Shown piece by piece: positions 20,537 to 30,936 of a stretch of DNA of 64,000 bases. This DNA comes from Chitinophagales bacterium. GTDB lineage: Bacteria > Bacteroidota > Bacteroidia > Chitinophagales > JADJOU01. Within the stretch, counting starts at the first letter, position 1. Every line of letters begins with the position of its first letter. Location of the stretch: contig JBIPPB010000003.1 in assembly GCA_044368655.1 (NCBI GenBank), positions 2,067-66,066 on the forward strand, given 5' to 3'. A program made the translations under genes and the position numbers. Below the pieces are notes generated by a model. That model had not been told where the DNA came from. It saw nothing but the letters and a program-made list of their open reading frames with translations, and did no database searches.

Positions 20537-21535
20537 TTATTGTATTTGACTATAATCGCCCAAGCTGTATTCTTCGGGCTTTCCTATTAAAACGGCTTTA
20601 GAGCCAATCATCGTATTTGAAAGTATTTTATTAACAATTTTTGTGCTATCTTGAATTAAAGCATCTTTGATTACACAATCTTCAATAATAGCATCTTTAC
20701 CAATAGATACATAAGGTCCTACAATTGCATTTTTGATTACAACATGTTCATCAACAAAACAAGGCGGAATAATTTGACTGTTAATGATTTGAGCAGAAGC
20801 ACTAATTTTGTTGGTATCTTTAATAAGTACTTCACGATTGGATTCGACCGTAGCATTTTTATTGCCACAATCCAACCATTGATTTACTGTTCCTGGACGC
20901 ATTTTTAGACCTTCGATTCGCATATTTTCTAAAACTGTTGTCAATTGGTATTCGCCTTTATCCATTATATTTTTCTCGATAATATGCGAAATATCTTTTC
21001 TGAGCTTAGCGCCATCTTTGAAGTAATAAATTCCAATTATGGCTAAATCCGATACAAATGTCGTAGGTTTTTCTACAAAGCCATTGATGAGTCCATTTTG
21101 GTCTAGAGCAATAACACCAAAAGCACTCGGATCTTCAATTTGTTTTACCCAAATTACTGTATCACTTTCTTGGTCCAATCTAAAATCAGCTTCAAACATC
21201 GTATCCGCAAAACCTACTATTAAAGGTCCTTGAAGCGTATCTTGCGCGCAAAAAATGGCGTGGGCTGTCCCAAGCGGTTCTTCTTGATAAAAAATATGGC
21301 CGGTAGTATTATACTTTTCTGCTATTGCCAAAAGTTCTTTTTCAATTGTCGTTCCAAAATCGTTTCGAATTATAAAACTAATTCCGTCTATTTTTTGATC
21401 TACAGTTTTGCAAATATTACTTACCAAACGCTCTACAATCGATTGCCCTGCAATTTTTAGCATTGGTTTTGGTACTGTTAAAGTATGTGGTCTTAATCGG
21501 CTCCCCCAACCTGCCATTGGAATAATAATCCTCAT
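20537..21535 (-). CDS. Sugar-phosphate nucleotidyltransferase
   Basis: IIPMAGWGSRLRPHT..PKP, PLGTAHA, FVEKP, C-terminal hexapeptide repeats. Confidence 0.92.
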   Translation of the reverse strand: MRIIIPMAGWGSRLRPHTLTVPKPMLKIAGQSIVERLVSNICKTVDQKIDGISFIIRNDFGTTIEKELLAIAEKYNTTGHIFYQEEPLGTAHAIFCAQDTLQGPLIVGFADTMFEADFRLDQESDTVIWVKQIEDPSAFGVIALDQNGLINGFVEKPTTFVSDLAIIGIYYFKDGAKLRKDISHIIEKNIMDKGEYQLTTVLENMRIEGLKMRPGTVNQWLDCGNKNATVESNREVLIKDTNKISASAQIINSQIIPPCFVDEHVVIKNAIVGPYVSIGKDAIIEDCVIKDALIQDSTKIVNKILSNTMIGSKAVLIGKPEEYSLGDYSQIQ

Positions 21536-21567
21536 GCGTTTATATTTATTTATTTATTTTTTTTAAA

Positions 21568-21999
21568 TTATTTACCTGTGCTTCCAAATCCTCCCGCACC
21601 TCGTTCTGAATCTGATAATTGAGATACATGTTCCCACGAAATGGATTCATATTTTTGAATGACCATTTGAGCAATTCGATCTCCAGATTCGATTTTAAAA
21701 GGTTCGTTAGATAAATTAATTAAAATGACTTTGATTTCACCTCGATAATCGCTATCAATAGTTCCTGGCGTGTTTGGTAAGGATATTCCATATTTTAATG
21801 CCATTCCACTTCTAGGGCGAACTTGTGCTTCATATCCTATCGGTAATTCTATAAATAAACCTGTAGGGACGGCCAAGCGCTCCATTGGTTTAATCGTAAT
21901 AGATTCAGGTATAAATGCTCTTAAATCCATTCCTGCAGAACCAGCGGTTTCATAAGCCGGAAATGGATTATTGGAATTATTTACAATTTTAACTTGCAT
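21568..21999 (-). CDS. dut: dUTP diphosphatase
   Basis: [30 protein letters not shown]. Confidence 0.98.
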   Translation of the reverse strand: MQVKIVNNSNNPFPAYETAGSAGMDLRAFIPESITIKPMERLAVPTGLFIELPIGYEAQVRPRSGMALKYGISLPNTPGTIDSDYRGEIKVILINLSNEPFKIESGDRIAQMVIQKYESISWEHVSQLSDSERGAGGFGSTGK

Positions 22000-22122
22000 A
22001 TTTTAATCTTAAAATTCTACAAATATAAAAAAACTTGACTAACAACTTCATTAAATTTGCTTACATTTGTAGCTATTTAACAATTCTTGGATTTAACAAA
22101 GATATAGAAACTTTTTGTCGTT

Positions 22123-23754
22123 ATGAAAATAGCCATTTCTCAACAAAATTACATACTCGGTCATTTTGATTTTAATATCAATAAAATTATTGTTGCAATT
22201 CAAAATGCAATAAAAGATCGTGCCGATTTAATTGTTTTTAGTGAACTGGCGATTTCGGGATATCCTCCTACGGATTTTTTAGAAATAAATGATTTTGTAA
22301 ATAAAGGAATCGAAAAATTAAATCAATTGCTACCGTTCTCTAAAGATATTGCCATTTTGGTTGGTTTGCCAACAGTAAATCCAACAATTGAAGGAAAAGA
22401 TTTATTTAATTCTGCGGCATTTTTATATAACGGAGAAATAAAAAAAATCATTAATAAAACGCTACTTCCTACTTATGATATTTTTGATGAATATCGATTT
22501 TTTGAACCTAATAATACTTTTGAATGTATCGAATTTAATGGTGAAAAAATTGCAGTAACCATTTGTGAAGATATATGGAATATTGATAATGCCAATCCAA
22601 TGTATTCGATATGTCCGATGGATATTTTAATAAAAGAAAATCCATCGTTGATGATAAATTTATCGGCATCGCCATTTTCATACCAACATGCGGATATTCG
22701 TCAAGAAATAGTTCGTGACAATTGTAAAAAATACAACTTGCCAATGATTTATTGTAATAGCGTAGGAGCACAAACCGAAGTTATTTTTGATGGTGGTTCT
22801 ATGGCTTGCGATGCTGAAGGAAATACCATTTGTAGTTTAAAATATTTTGAAGAAGATTATGCTATAATTGATTTAAAAGATAAAAATCAATCGTTACATC
22901 AAAGTGAACATTGGGGGCGTTATGAACGCAAATACAATGCTTTAGTTTTAGGAATTCGAGATTTTTTTCAAAAGTCTGGATTTCAAAAAGCCATTTTAGG
23001 GCTTTCGGGAGGAATTGATTCGGCGCTAACTTTAGCAATAGCTGTTGACGCGCTTGGAGCTGAAAATGTTTTAAGTGTCTTGATGCCTTCGGAATATAGT
23101 AGCTCGCATTCGGTAGATGATGCGTTGCAAATTTGTAAAAATATAGGCAGTCCATATGAAATTGTTTCAATCAAAGAAAATTATCAAACGATGCTAGATA
23201 CCTTAGCTCCAGTTTTTAATGGCGCACCTTTTAATGTGGCAGAAGAAAATATTCAAGCCCGTATTCGTGGAATGATTTTAATGGCAATTTCAAATAAAAA
23301 AGGACATATTTTATTGAATACATCAAATAAGAGTGAAATGGCGGTTGGCTACGGAACGCTATATGGAGATATGTGCGGCGCTTTATCCGTTTTAGGAGAT
23401 TTGTATAAAACCGAAGTCTATGAAATGAGCCGATATGTCAATCGTAATCAAGAAATTATTCCTGTTAATACTATTGAAAAAGCACCAAGTGCCGAGCTAA
23501 GACCAAATCAAAAAGACCAGGATTCGTTGCCTCCTTATGAAATATTAGATGCAATTTTATTTGAGTATATCGAAAATCAGCAAAGCCCAGCAAATATAAT
23601 TTATAAAGGATATGAAAGTGATTTAGTTTACCGAATTTTATCTATGGTTAATAGAAATGAGTTTAAACGCTTTCAAGCGCCACCCATTTTAAGAGTTTCG
23701 AGCAAAGCATTTGGTTTTGGCCGAAGAATGCCTTTAGTGGGTAAATATTTGTAG
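22123..23754 (+). CDS. nadE: Glutamine-dependent NAD+ synthetase
   Basis: Nitrilase domain (ELAISGY, ICEDIW) plus GLSGGIDS, ENIQARIR, NKSE..VGYGTLYGD, PSAEL. Confidence 0.96.
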   Translation: MKIAISQQNYILGHFDFNINKIIVAIQNAIKDRADLIVFSELAISGYPPTDFLEINDFVNKGIEKLNQLLPFSKDIAILVGLPTVNPTIEGKDLFNSAAFLYNGEIKKIINKTLLPTYDIFDEYRFFEPNNTFECIEFNGEKIAVTICEDIWNIDNANPMYSICPMDILIKENPSLMINLSASPFSYQHADIRQEIVRDNCKKYNLPMIYCNSVGAQTEVIFDGGSMACDAEGNTICSLKYFEEDYAIIDLKDKNQSLHQSEHWGRYERKYNALVLGIRDFFQKSGFQKAILGLSGGIDSALTLAIAVDALGAENVLSVLMPSEYSSSHSVDDALQICKNIGSPYEIVSIKENYQTMLDTLAPVFNGAPFNVAEENIQARIRGMILMAISNKKGHILLNTSNKSEMAVGYGTLYGDMCGALSVLGDLYKTEVYEMSRYVNRNQEIIPVNTIEKAPSAELRPNQKDQDSLPPYEILDAILFEYIENQQSPANIIYKGYESDLVYRILSMVNRNEFKRFQAPPILRVSSKAFGFGRRMPLVGKYL

Positions 23755-23769
23755 CATTTTACTAAAATC

Positions 23770-23808
23770 CATAAAAAAAGCCTACACTTGATGTAGGCTT
23801 TTTTTATG
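23770..23808. terminator. Bidirectional terminator nadE/sucD
   Basis: CATAAAAAAAGCCTACA-cttga-TGTAGGCTTTTTTTATG. Confidence 0.92.
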
Positions 23809-23823
23809 AAGAAAAAATATATT

Positions 23824-24696
23824 TTATTTTAACAAATTTGCCATTGTGATTCCGATTTCAGCAGGACTATCTACAACTGTTAATCCACATTCTCTCATAA
23901 TAGCCATTTTTGCTTCAGCCGTGTCATCTTTGCCGCCAACGATGGCTCCAGCGTGCCCCATTGTTCGTCCAGCAGGTGCTGTTTGACCCGCAATAAATCC
24001 AACAACTGGTTTTTTATTTCCATTGGCTTTAATCCATCGGCTAGCTTCTGCTTCCATACCGCCGCCAATTTCTCCAATCATTACAATAGCATCAGTCTCT
24101 GGATCGTTCATAAATAACTCAACCGCTTCTTTAGTAGTAGTTCCAATAATTGGGTCACCACCAATACCGATCGCTGTAGAAACGCCTAAGCCTGCTTTTA
24201 CTATTTGATCTGCAGCCTCATAAGTAAGTGTTCCTGATTTAGAAACAATACCAATTCTTCCTTTTTTAAATACAAAACCTGGCATAATACCAACTTTAGC
24301 CTCTTCTGGTGTAATAACACCCGGGCAGTTAGGGCCGATTAAACGAGTATTTGAAGCTTCTACAGCTGCTTTTACTTTTACCATATCTTGAACAGGAATA
24401 CCTTCTGTTATACAAACTACGGTTTCTATACCCGCAGCAACCGCTTCTAAAACACTATCCGCCGCAAATGCTGGTGGAACAAAAATTATGGAAACGTTGC
24501 AACCTGTAGCTTTTCTTGCGTCTTCTACAGTATTAAATACAGGAAGATTTAAATGTTGCTGACCACCTTTGCCTGGAGTTACTCCACCTACAACGGGTGT
24601 TCCGTATTCAATCATTTGTTCTGCATGAAAAGTTCCTTCTTTTCCGGTAAAACCTTGAACGATTATTTTAGAATTTTTATTAACGATAACTGACAT
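23824..24696 (-). CDS. sucD: Succinyl-CoA synthetase alpha subunit
   Basis: [33 protein letters not shown]. Confidence 0.98.
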   Translation of the reverse strand: MSVIVNKNSKIIVQGFTGKEGTFHAEQMIEYGTPVVGGVTPGKGGQQHLNLPVFNTVEDARKATGCNVSIIFVPPAFAADSVLEAVAAGIETVVCITEGIPVQDMVKVKAAVEASNTRLIGPNCPGVITPEEAKVGIMPGFVFKKGRIGIVSKSGTLTYEAADQIVKAGLGVSTAIGIGGDPIIGTTTKEAVELFMNDPETDAIVMIGEIGGGMEAEASRWIKANGNKKPVVGFIAGQTAPAGRTMGHAGAIVGGKDDTAEAKMAIMRECGLTVVDSPAEIGITMANLLK

Positions 24697-24785
24697 AAAA
24701 TATATGATTTTGTAATTTAGGCAAAGATAATTTTTTTTTAAGAAACTCGTTTGAAATATTTATTTTTTTTAATGTAATGTATTTT

Positions 24786-25739
24786 TTACATCATCGAATA
24801 AATGATATCTTTTACCGAAACGCCATCGGCTTCGGCTTGATAATTTTTAAAAATACGATGGTCTAGAACGGCAATGGCTACCTCTTTTACATCTTCAATG
24901 TCTGGAGTATATTTTCCCTTTGAAATCGCAACACATTTGGCGCCAAGTATTAAGTTTTGCGATGCTCTTGGTCCAGCACCCCACGAAATATATTTTTTCA
25001 CCATTTCAGGAGCCGAAGGATTGTTTGGTCGTGTATTTGAAACCAATCGAACCGCATATTCAAAAACATTATCGGTAACCGGAATCCGTTGCACTAGATT
25101 TTGAATTTCTATGATTTCTTCAATATTCATTATTTTATTGAGTTCATAATCTTGAGGTTGTGTGGTACTTTTTATAATATGTAATTCTTCTTCAAAATTT
25201 GGATAATCTAAATAAAGACTAAACATAAAACGATCTAATTGCGCTTCGGGTAGGGGATACGTTCCTTCTTGTTCTATTGGATTTTGAGTAGCCATAACAA
25301 AGAATGGCGCAGGAAGTGTGTATGTTGTGCCGGCTACTGTAATTCGTTTTTCTTGCATTGCCTCTAAAAGGGCACTCTGTGTTTTTGGAGGCGTTCGGTT
25401 GATCTCATCGGCTAAAATCATGTTAGCAAACATAGGACCAGGTGAAAAAATAAATTGTTTGTCTTTATCCAAAATCTCAGTTCCAACAATATCCGTTGGC
25501 ATTAAATCTGGTGTAAATTGAATTCTTTTAAAAGATAAGTCCAAAACTTGAGAAATTGTACTCACTAATTTTGTTTTTGCCAAACCCGGAACTCCAATCA
25601 GCAAACAATGTCCTCCACAAAACAAAGAAATTAAGGTTTGATGAATGACCTCGTGTTGTCCAATGATTTGTTTTCCTATTTCTTTTTTTAGGAGCGCAAA
25701 CTTTTCTTGAAATTGATCTACCGCTAATACGTCATTCAT
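24786..25739 (-). CDS. MoxR-family AAA+ ATPase
   Basis: GVPGLAKT, RIQFTPDLMP, ADEINRTPPKTQSALLEAM, LPEAQLDRF. Confidence 0.95.
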   Translation of the reverse strand: MNDVLAVDQFQEKFALLKKEIGKQIIGQHEVIHQTLISLFCGGHCLLIGVPGLAKTKLVSTISQVLDLSFKRIQFTPDLMPTDIVGTEILDKDKQFIFSPGPMFANMILADEINRTPPKTQSALLEAMQEKRITVAGTTYTLPAPFFVMATQNPIEQEGTYPLPEAQLDRFMFSLYLDYPNFEEELHIIKSTTQPQDYELNKIMNIEEIIEIQNLVQRIPVTDNVFEYAVRLVSNTRPNNPSAPEMVKKYISWGAGPRASQNLILGAKCVAISKGKYTPDIEDVKEVAIAVLDHRIFKNYQAEADGVSVKDIIYSMM

Positions 25740-25769
25740 ATTTTATAAAATAAAAAATTAAATAATTAA

Positions 25770-27089
25770 TTAAAGTTTCATGGTTTTAAGCTCCTCACAT
25801 TTTAAGAACTCAGGAGCTATTTTAATATACAACAAATGTTTGTAATTATTAAACCAATTCTCCGTTTCTTGATATCGAAAGGATTCCATATTCATTTGTT
25901 TGATTCTGGAATAATCCGATTCGATACTTGCTTTATGAGGAGGGATTTCTTTCATTAATCGAACGATACGATATCCAACTTTACCAGTTGGTGAAACATA
26001 TTCCATAGCATCTGTAATTTCGCCAACGTTCATTTTGTTGATATATTGAGCTAAATCAGGTTCTAATTCTCCAATTTCAAAATACGAAGATTGTGTTTTG
26101 AAATTATATACAATACCACCATTTTGTTTAAAAACATCATCATCCGAATATAATTCGACCGCCTTTTCAAAATTAATTCGACTGCCTTTAAGTTTGGTAC
26201 TTATCGAATCCGCTAATTTTTTAGTAACTGAAAAATCCATGTCATCCGATTTTGGCGTAATTAATACGTGTCGAACACGAACTCGATCCATTTTCTTATC
26301 TAAAACCTCTAAAACATGATAACCATAGCGTGTTTCAAAAACATCCGAAAGCCCGCCAATTGGTGTAGCGTAAGCTGCTTGCTCAAACTCAGGAACCATT
26401 TCACCTTGATTGATCCAACCTAATTCGCCACCTCTTGAAGCCGTTCCTTGGTCATCCGAATATAAAATCGCTTGTGTGCCTAAATCCGCTTCTTTGGCCA
26501 TTAACTTTTTTTGAATTTCTAATGCTTTTTCCCGAGCTTTTCGTTTGTTTTCTCTAGTAACTTTAGGGAAAAATATAATTTGTTGCATTTGAATTTCAGC
26601 ATTAAAATATGGAATGCTGTCTTTTGGAATGGTGCTAAAAAAGTTTTTAACTTGCTTTGGAGAAGGCTCTTCGCCCGCAAACAGTTTGTTGCGAGTTCTT
26701 TCGGCTCTTAATTTTTGAGTGACATCATCTCTGAATAAAACTTTTAACTCCGTAATGGTTTTTTCATAATATTTCTCTAATTTGTCTTGTGTTCCAAATA
26801 CCGACACAAAATACGCCATCCTTCGTTCCATTTCATTATCCACTTCCTCGTCGCTAACCATAATACTGTCTTTTTCTGCTTTGGCAACCAACATTTTTTC
26901 TATAATCATTTTTTTGAGCATCGCACAATCTGTGATACAAGAGTCTTTTTCAGTTATTTTTTGAGCGCTAACATCGGATAAAAGTATAATTTGATCATTA
27001 ACAATAGCCGCCGTTTTATCTAAAACAATTTGCTGTGCGCTTAGGTGGGTAAATAGTAATGTTAATATTAAAAAAGGGGTAAACTTCAT
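25770..27089 (-). CDS. SurA-like periplasmic PPIase chaperone
   Basis: LDKTAAIVNDQIILLSD, parvulin motifs (YSDD, GGELGW, MVPEFE, YGYH). Confidence 0.88.
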   Translation of the reverse strand: MKFTPFLILTLLFTHLSAQQIVLDKTAAIVNDQIILLSDVSAQKITEKDSCITDCAMLKKMIIEKMLVAKAEKDSIMVSDEEVDNEMERRMAYFVSVFGTQDKLEKYYEKTITELKVLFRDDVTQKLRAERTRNKLFAGEEPSPKQVKNFFSTIPKDSIPYFNAEIQMQQIIFFPKVTRENKRKAREKALEIQKKLMAKEADLGTQAILYSDDQGTASRGGELGWINQGEMVPEFEQAAYATPIGGLSDVFETRYGYHVLEVLDKKMDRVRVRHVLITPKSDDMDFSVTKKLADSISTKLKGSRINFEKAVELYSDDDVFKQNGGIVYNFKTQSSYFEIGELEPDLAQYINKMNVGEITDAMEYVSPTGKVGYRIVRLMKEIPPHKASIESDYSRIKQMNMESFRYQETENWFNNYKHLLYIKIAPEFLKCEELKTMKL

Positions 27090-27099
27090 GCGAACTGAA

Positions 27100-29034
27100 T
27101 TAGTTGTTTTTATATAATTTATTAATTTCTGCTTGATTCCGTTTGATTGGATATTTTTTTCTTAAAGATTGCATCCATGAATCTTCAAGTTCCTTTTGAT
27201 AATCATTAGCTACGCGCCCTTTGATTTCATCATAAGGTTTAATTGAAGGGGTTAAAATGTCATTTATTTTAATGATTACATATTCATTGTCATCATTGAT
27301 TTGTATTGGAGTTATAGAATTTTGTTCCCATTTGATTTGATCTAAAAAGGGGTTTTCTGATTGTTCATACGTTTGCTCTATCAAATAAAAGGCATTGGAA
27401 TCTAACGATTTTTTCAAAATGGCTTGTATAGATTTTGGAGCTTGGTTGCTTTGTAATTTTTTATAAATATCTTCGGCAACAGCTTTTTTAGAAGTTCTGA
27501 ATTCTTCCACTTTTGCTCGTAATTTATATTGATAATTTTCTTTATTTTTTGAATAAAAATTTTGCAAAGCCAAAGTATCTTGAATTGCTTTGCGCCAAAT
27601 GTCGCGTTCCATTAATTCAAAAATCAATAACCCATCTTGATATTCTTCGAGAAGCGATTTAAATTCTGCATTTTCTTTTTGTAAAATATCTTTTGCAGCT
27701 TCATTAATTTTCTTTTCTTTAAAATTGTTATAAATGGCTGAAATAAAGCTTTTTGTATTTTTGCTTGTATTCGCAGCAAAATTTGTATTTAAAAACTTAG
27801 CAAAGTCTTGCGCTTTATATTCTTTCAGATTTACTTGAAACAATATTGGATTTTCTTTTGGAGACCATTTCCAGCCTTTTTGAGCAAAGAAGGTGTCATT
27901 AATTTGAGAAATTAACTTTTGAAAAATTTCAGGATTTTCTTTAAAGCTTACTTTTTCATTAATTCTTGATTGTGTCTTTTGTCTTATTGAAACCACGCGT
28001 TCGTCTTTTTCTATTTTATATCGAATCATTGATAACATTTCCTCTTTAGAAGACTCGGGAATCATAGAGTCAAAACGAACGATATGCCAGCCAAAAGCAC
28101 TTTTGAATGGTTTAGAAAACTGACCTTTAGTTTTTAGTTGGTATGCGGCTTCTTCAAATTCGGGTACCATTTGATTAATTCCAAAAGGAGGTAATTGGCC
28201 ATTGGTTTTTTTAGTAGTTTGGTCTTCGGAATATAGGTTTACGGCTTCTTCAAAGGTTTTTTGTTTTTTAATAATAGATTGATACGCTTCGTTGATTTTC
28301 TTTTCAGCTAATTTTTTCTTTTGAGCGTCTTCGTTTTCATCTTTTGTATAAATATGAGAAACGATAATTGGTCGCCTTGCTAATCTTCTTTTTATAGGCA
28401 TTACGATGTGGTATCCATTGGTTGTTCTAAAGATTGGAGAAGCTTTGCCAAGTGGCGTATTATAAACCGCTTCTTCGAAAACCGGGAACGTCATAAATAT
28501 ACTTATAAAACCAATATTTCCAAAATTTGTTTTAGAATTAGGATCTTCTGAAAATTCAGAAGCATTTTTTTTGAAATCTTCAAAATTTTGAATGGAAGCA
28601 GCTATTTTCTTGATTTTTTCAAATGCAACCAAACTGTCTTCATTTGTAGCGCTACATTTTATATGGATATGATAAACTTCCACATCTTCTTTACTGCGCT
28701 CATATTGGTTCGCAATAAATTGCTCTATTTGACTTTTATCTGTAAAATGATTTTGTATCCATTGAGACACATAGCTTTCCATTTCGGTTTGTAAATTAGG
28801 AAGCGTGTCTAATTTTTGGCGTTTGGCTTCTACTTTTTTAAGTAAAAACGTCTCATAAAGACGAATATATTCATCTACATCATTTTTTGAATACGTTGGG
28901 TTTTGATTATTTTTTTTGTAACCCTTATGAAACGCATCTACGGCAAAGTTTTCTTTTTCTACGGTAAATAAATTTTGAGCATTCGTAGAGAAATGAATTA
29001 TCAAGGCAAAAATTGAAAATACAAACTGCTTCAT
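27100..29034 (-). CDS. Parvulin-type peptidylprolyl isomerase
   Basis: Two rotamase domains (FSEDP..GNIG, YSEDQ..G.L, MVPEFE, FGWHIV). Confidence 0.88.
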   Translation of the reverse strand: MKQFVFSIFALIIHFSTNAQNLFTVEKENFAVDAFHKGYKKNNQNPTYSKNDVDEYIRLYETFLLKKVEAKRQKLDTLPNLQTEMESYVSQWIQNHFTDKSQIEQFIANQYERSKEDVEVYHIHIKCSATNEDSLVAFEKIKKIAASIQNFEDFKKNASEFSEDPNSKTNFGNIGFISIFMTFPVFEEAVYNTPLGKASPIFRTTNGYHIVMPIKRRLARRPIIVSHIYTKDENEDAQKKKLAEKKINEAYQSIIKKQKTFEEAVNLYSEDQTTKKTNGQLPPFGINQMVPEFEEAAYQLKTKGQFSKPFKSAFGWHIVRFDSMIPESSKEEMLSMIRYKIEKDERVVSIRQKTQSRINEKVSFKENPEIFQKLISQINDTFFAQKGWKWSPKENPILFQVNLKEYKAQDFAKFLNTNFAANTSKNTKSFISAIYNNFKEKKINEAAKDILQKENAEFKSLLEEYQDGLLIFELMERDIWRKAIQDTLALQNFYSKNKENYQYKLRAKVEEFRTSKKAVAEDIYKKLQSNQAPKSIQAILKKSLDSNAFYLIEQTYEQSENPFLDQIKWEQNSITPIQINDDNEYVIIKINDILTPSIKPYDEIKGRVANDYQKELEDSWMQSLRKKYPIKRNQAEINKLYKNN

Positions 29035-29142
29035 TGCTGAATTTTTATTTAAATATTGAAAAAATAATATATAACGGACAAAAATATCTAAATTTAATTT
29101 ATTGTAATCATTAAATATTTCTAAATTTTTTGGTAATTGGAA

Positions 29143-30735
29143 TTAATTCGACTTTATGATTTTTTTCCAATATGTTTTTTTACCAACTTGAATATTTAAA
29201 AAATATAAACCAGGACTGTAGTCTCGTAAATCAATCCATAAGTATTGGCTTTTTGATTGCGAATAATATATTTTTGAAGGGTTTGCATGTAAAAAATGGT
29301 ATAGCGAAATTTCAACAATTGTATCTTGATTCGTATTATTAGTTTCAACGATTAGATAATCTTTTGTTGGATTTGGATATATATTGAATGATGTACTTGT
29401 AATCGTGTCGGTGTTAATTTTAGGGATTCCAAAGCCAATATCAAAATTTGGATGATTAAAGTTTGTAGATATTCGATGCAGCCAATCTTTTAATTCATAA
29501 GGCTTTAAAGTAGGATTTGATTGCCACATACAAGCCAAAAGTCCTGTAATAATTGGAGCTGAAAAAGAGGTGCCATTTGCAAAATAATACCCTGAACTGT
29601 CCCATAAACACAAGGTTCGAACACCAACGGCACATACATTTGGTTTTAAAGTTGGATTTGCGGTAAATCCTCTAGAGCTAAATGGGGCGACATTTTCATT
29701 GATATCAATAGCTCCAATGGCTACAACATCTTTTGCATCGGCAGGTGCAGATAAATATTTCCATGATCTATTGCCTTGATTTCCTGCTGAATTTACAACG
29801 ATGATACCTTTTTCAGAAGCAATTTGAGCTGCTTTTGTGGAAATAGAAGTTTTGCCATCCAAACTTGACGGATTATAATTAAATTGAGGATCATCAAATT
29901 CGGTATAACCAAGAGAAGAGTTGATTAAGTGCACGCCTATACTGTCTGCTTTTTCTGCAGCTAAAGCCCAATGATATTCTTCGATAGGACTTTCAAAACT
30001 TGGATTTTCAGTAGCAAATAAATAATACGTGGCGTCAGGAGCAGCTCCAATTATGGTATCTTTGATAAAACTTGCCATGCATCCTAAAACAGCAGTTCCG
30101 TGAAAATCGCCTTCAAATAATGAACTAGAATTATTATAATCAAAAACAGGGATAATTCGATTTTGAGATTGAGCCTCATTAAAACATTTTAGTTGATTTG
30201 CATTTTTAAATCCTGCATCAAATACAGCAATTTTGATGCCAGCCCCTTTAAGGTTTTTTTTATGTAAATAGTTAAAGTTGTGAATGTTTAGTTGATCCCA
30301 TGTGTCGCCATATTCCTTTTTTTCAAATTGAATATCGAGTTTGCTTTGCTTGGTTTTCTTTATATTTTGATCATGAATTTTTACGATCGATTTTACAAAT
30401 GGAAGTTTTAATAATTGATTAAATTGTGTTTCATTTAAAATAACTAAAGCTCCAAAAAGCCATCTCGACCATTTGGTATTCGGCTGAATACTTTCTATTT
30501 TTCTTTTTATATCTTTAGGAATGTCATAATCAAGTGCATCAATAGGAACTTGATATGCTATTTTTTTTTGAAGTGCTTCTTCTGAAATTGCAAGTTTTTC
30601 TATAGCTCGATAATCTTCTTTTATTGAAACAAAATAGGTATTTTGTGCAAAAATAGTAATGCCAAATAATAAAAAAAAAATTGTAGATAAGATTTTGAAC
30701 ACAAGCAAAAATAGTGAAAAATTACTATGTTTCAA
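29143..30735 (-). CDS. S8 serine peptidase with T9SS type A C-terminal domain
   Basis: IAVFDAGF, HGTAVLG, NSAGN, NGTSFSAP triad motifs; IYPNP...GLYFL...KKIIK C-terminal domain. Confidence 0.92.
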   Translation of the reverse strand: MKHSNFSLFLLVFKILSTIFFLLFGITIFAQNTYFVSIKEDYRAIEKLAISEEALQKKIAYQVPIDALDYDIPKDIKRKIESIQPNTKWSRWLFGALVILNETQFNQLLKLPFVKSIVKIHDQNIKKTKQSKLDIQFEKKEYGDTWDQLNIHNFNYLHKKNLKGAGIKIAVFDAGFKNANQLKCFNEAQSQNRIIPVFDYNNSSSLFEGDFHGTAVLGCMASFIKDTIIGAAPDATYYLFATENPSFESPIEEYHWALAAEKADSIGVHLINSSLGYTEFDDPQFNYNPSSLDGKTSISTKAAQIASEKGIIVVNSAGNQGNRSWKYLSAPADAKDVVAIGAIDINENVAPFSSRGFTANPTLKPNVCAVGVRTLCLWDSSGYYFANGTSFSAPIITGLLACMWQSNPTLKPYELKDWLHRISTNFNHPNFDIGFGIPKINTDTITSTSFNIYPNPTKDYLIVETNNTNQDTIVEISLYHFLHANPSKIYYSQSKSQYLWIDLRDYSPGLYFLNIQVGKKTYWKKIIKSN

Positions 30736-30865
30736 GATATTTATCTATAATCTCATTAATGCGATTCGGATCAATGGGTTTAATAATGAAATTATCCATC
30801 CCAATATCAATACATTTTTGATGAACTCCTTTATAAGCTCTTGCTCTTTGAGCAACAATTGGGAT
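30725..30865 (-). pseudogene. Relic of a response-regulator receiver domain (C-terminal half)
   Basis: Hand translation IPIVAQRARAYKGVHQKCIDIGMDNFIIKPIDPNRINEIIDKYLET*, preceded by an in-frame stop; matches the REC IPIIA.TA....C...GMD.YI.KP pattern. Confidence 0.75.
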
Positions 30866-30936
30866 TTAGTTAATCATTAAGATTAATATCTTTATTGATT
30901 AATTAAGGCGCCCCAAAAATAAAAAAAATTAAAGTT

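Noticed and set aside
23824-24696. sucD without adjacent sucC
   Set aside because: Separation of sucC and sucD is common in Bacteroidota.
30659-30880. 73-aa plus-strand ORF
   Set aside because: Antisense shadow of the S8 protease start and the receiver-domain relic.
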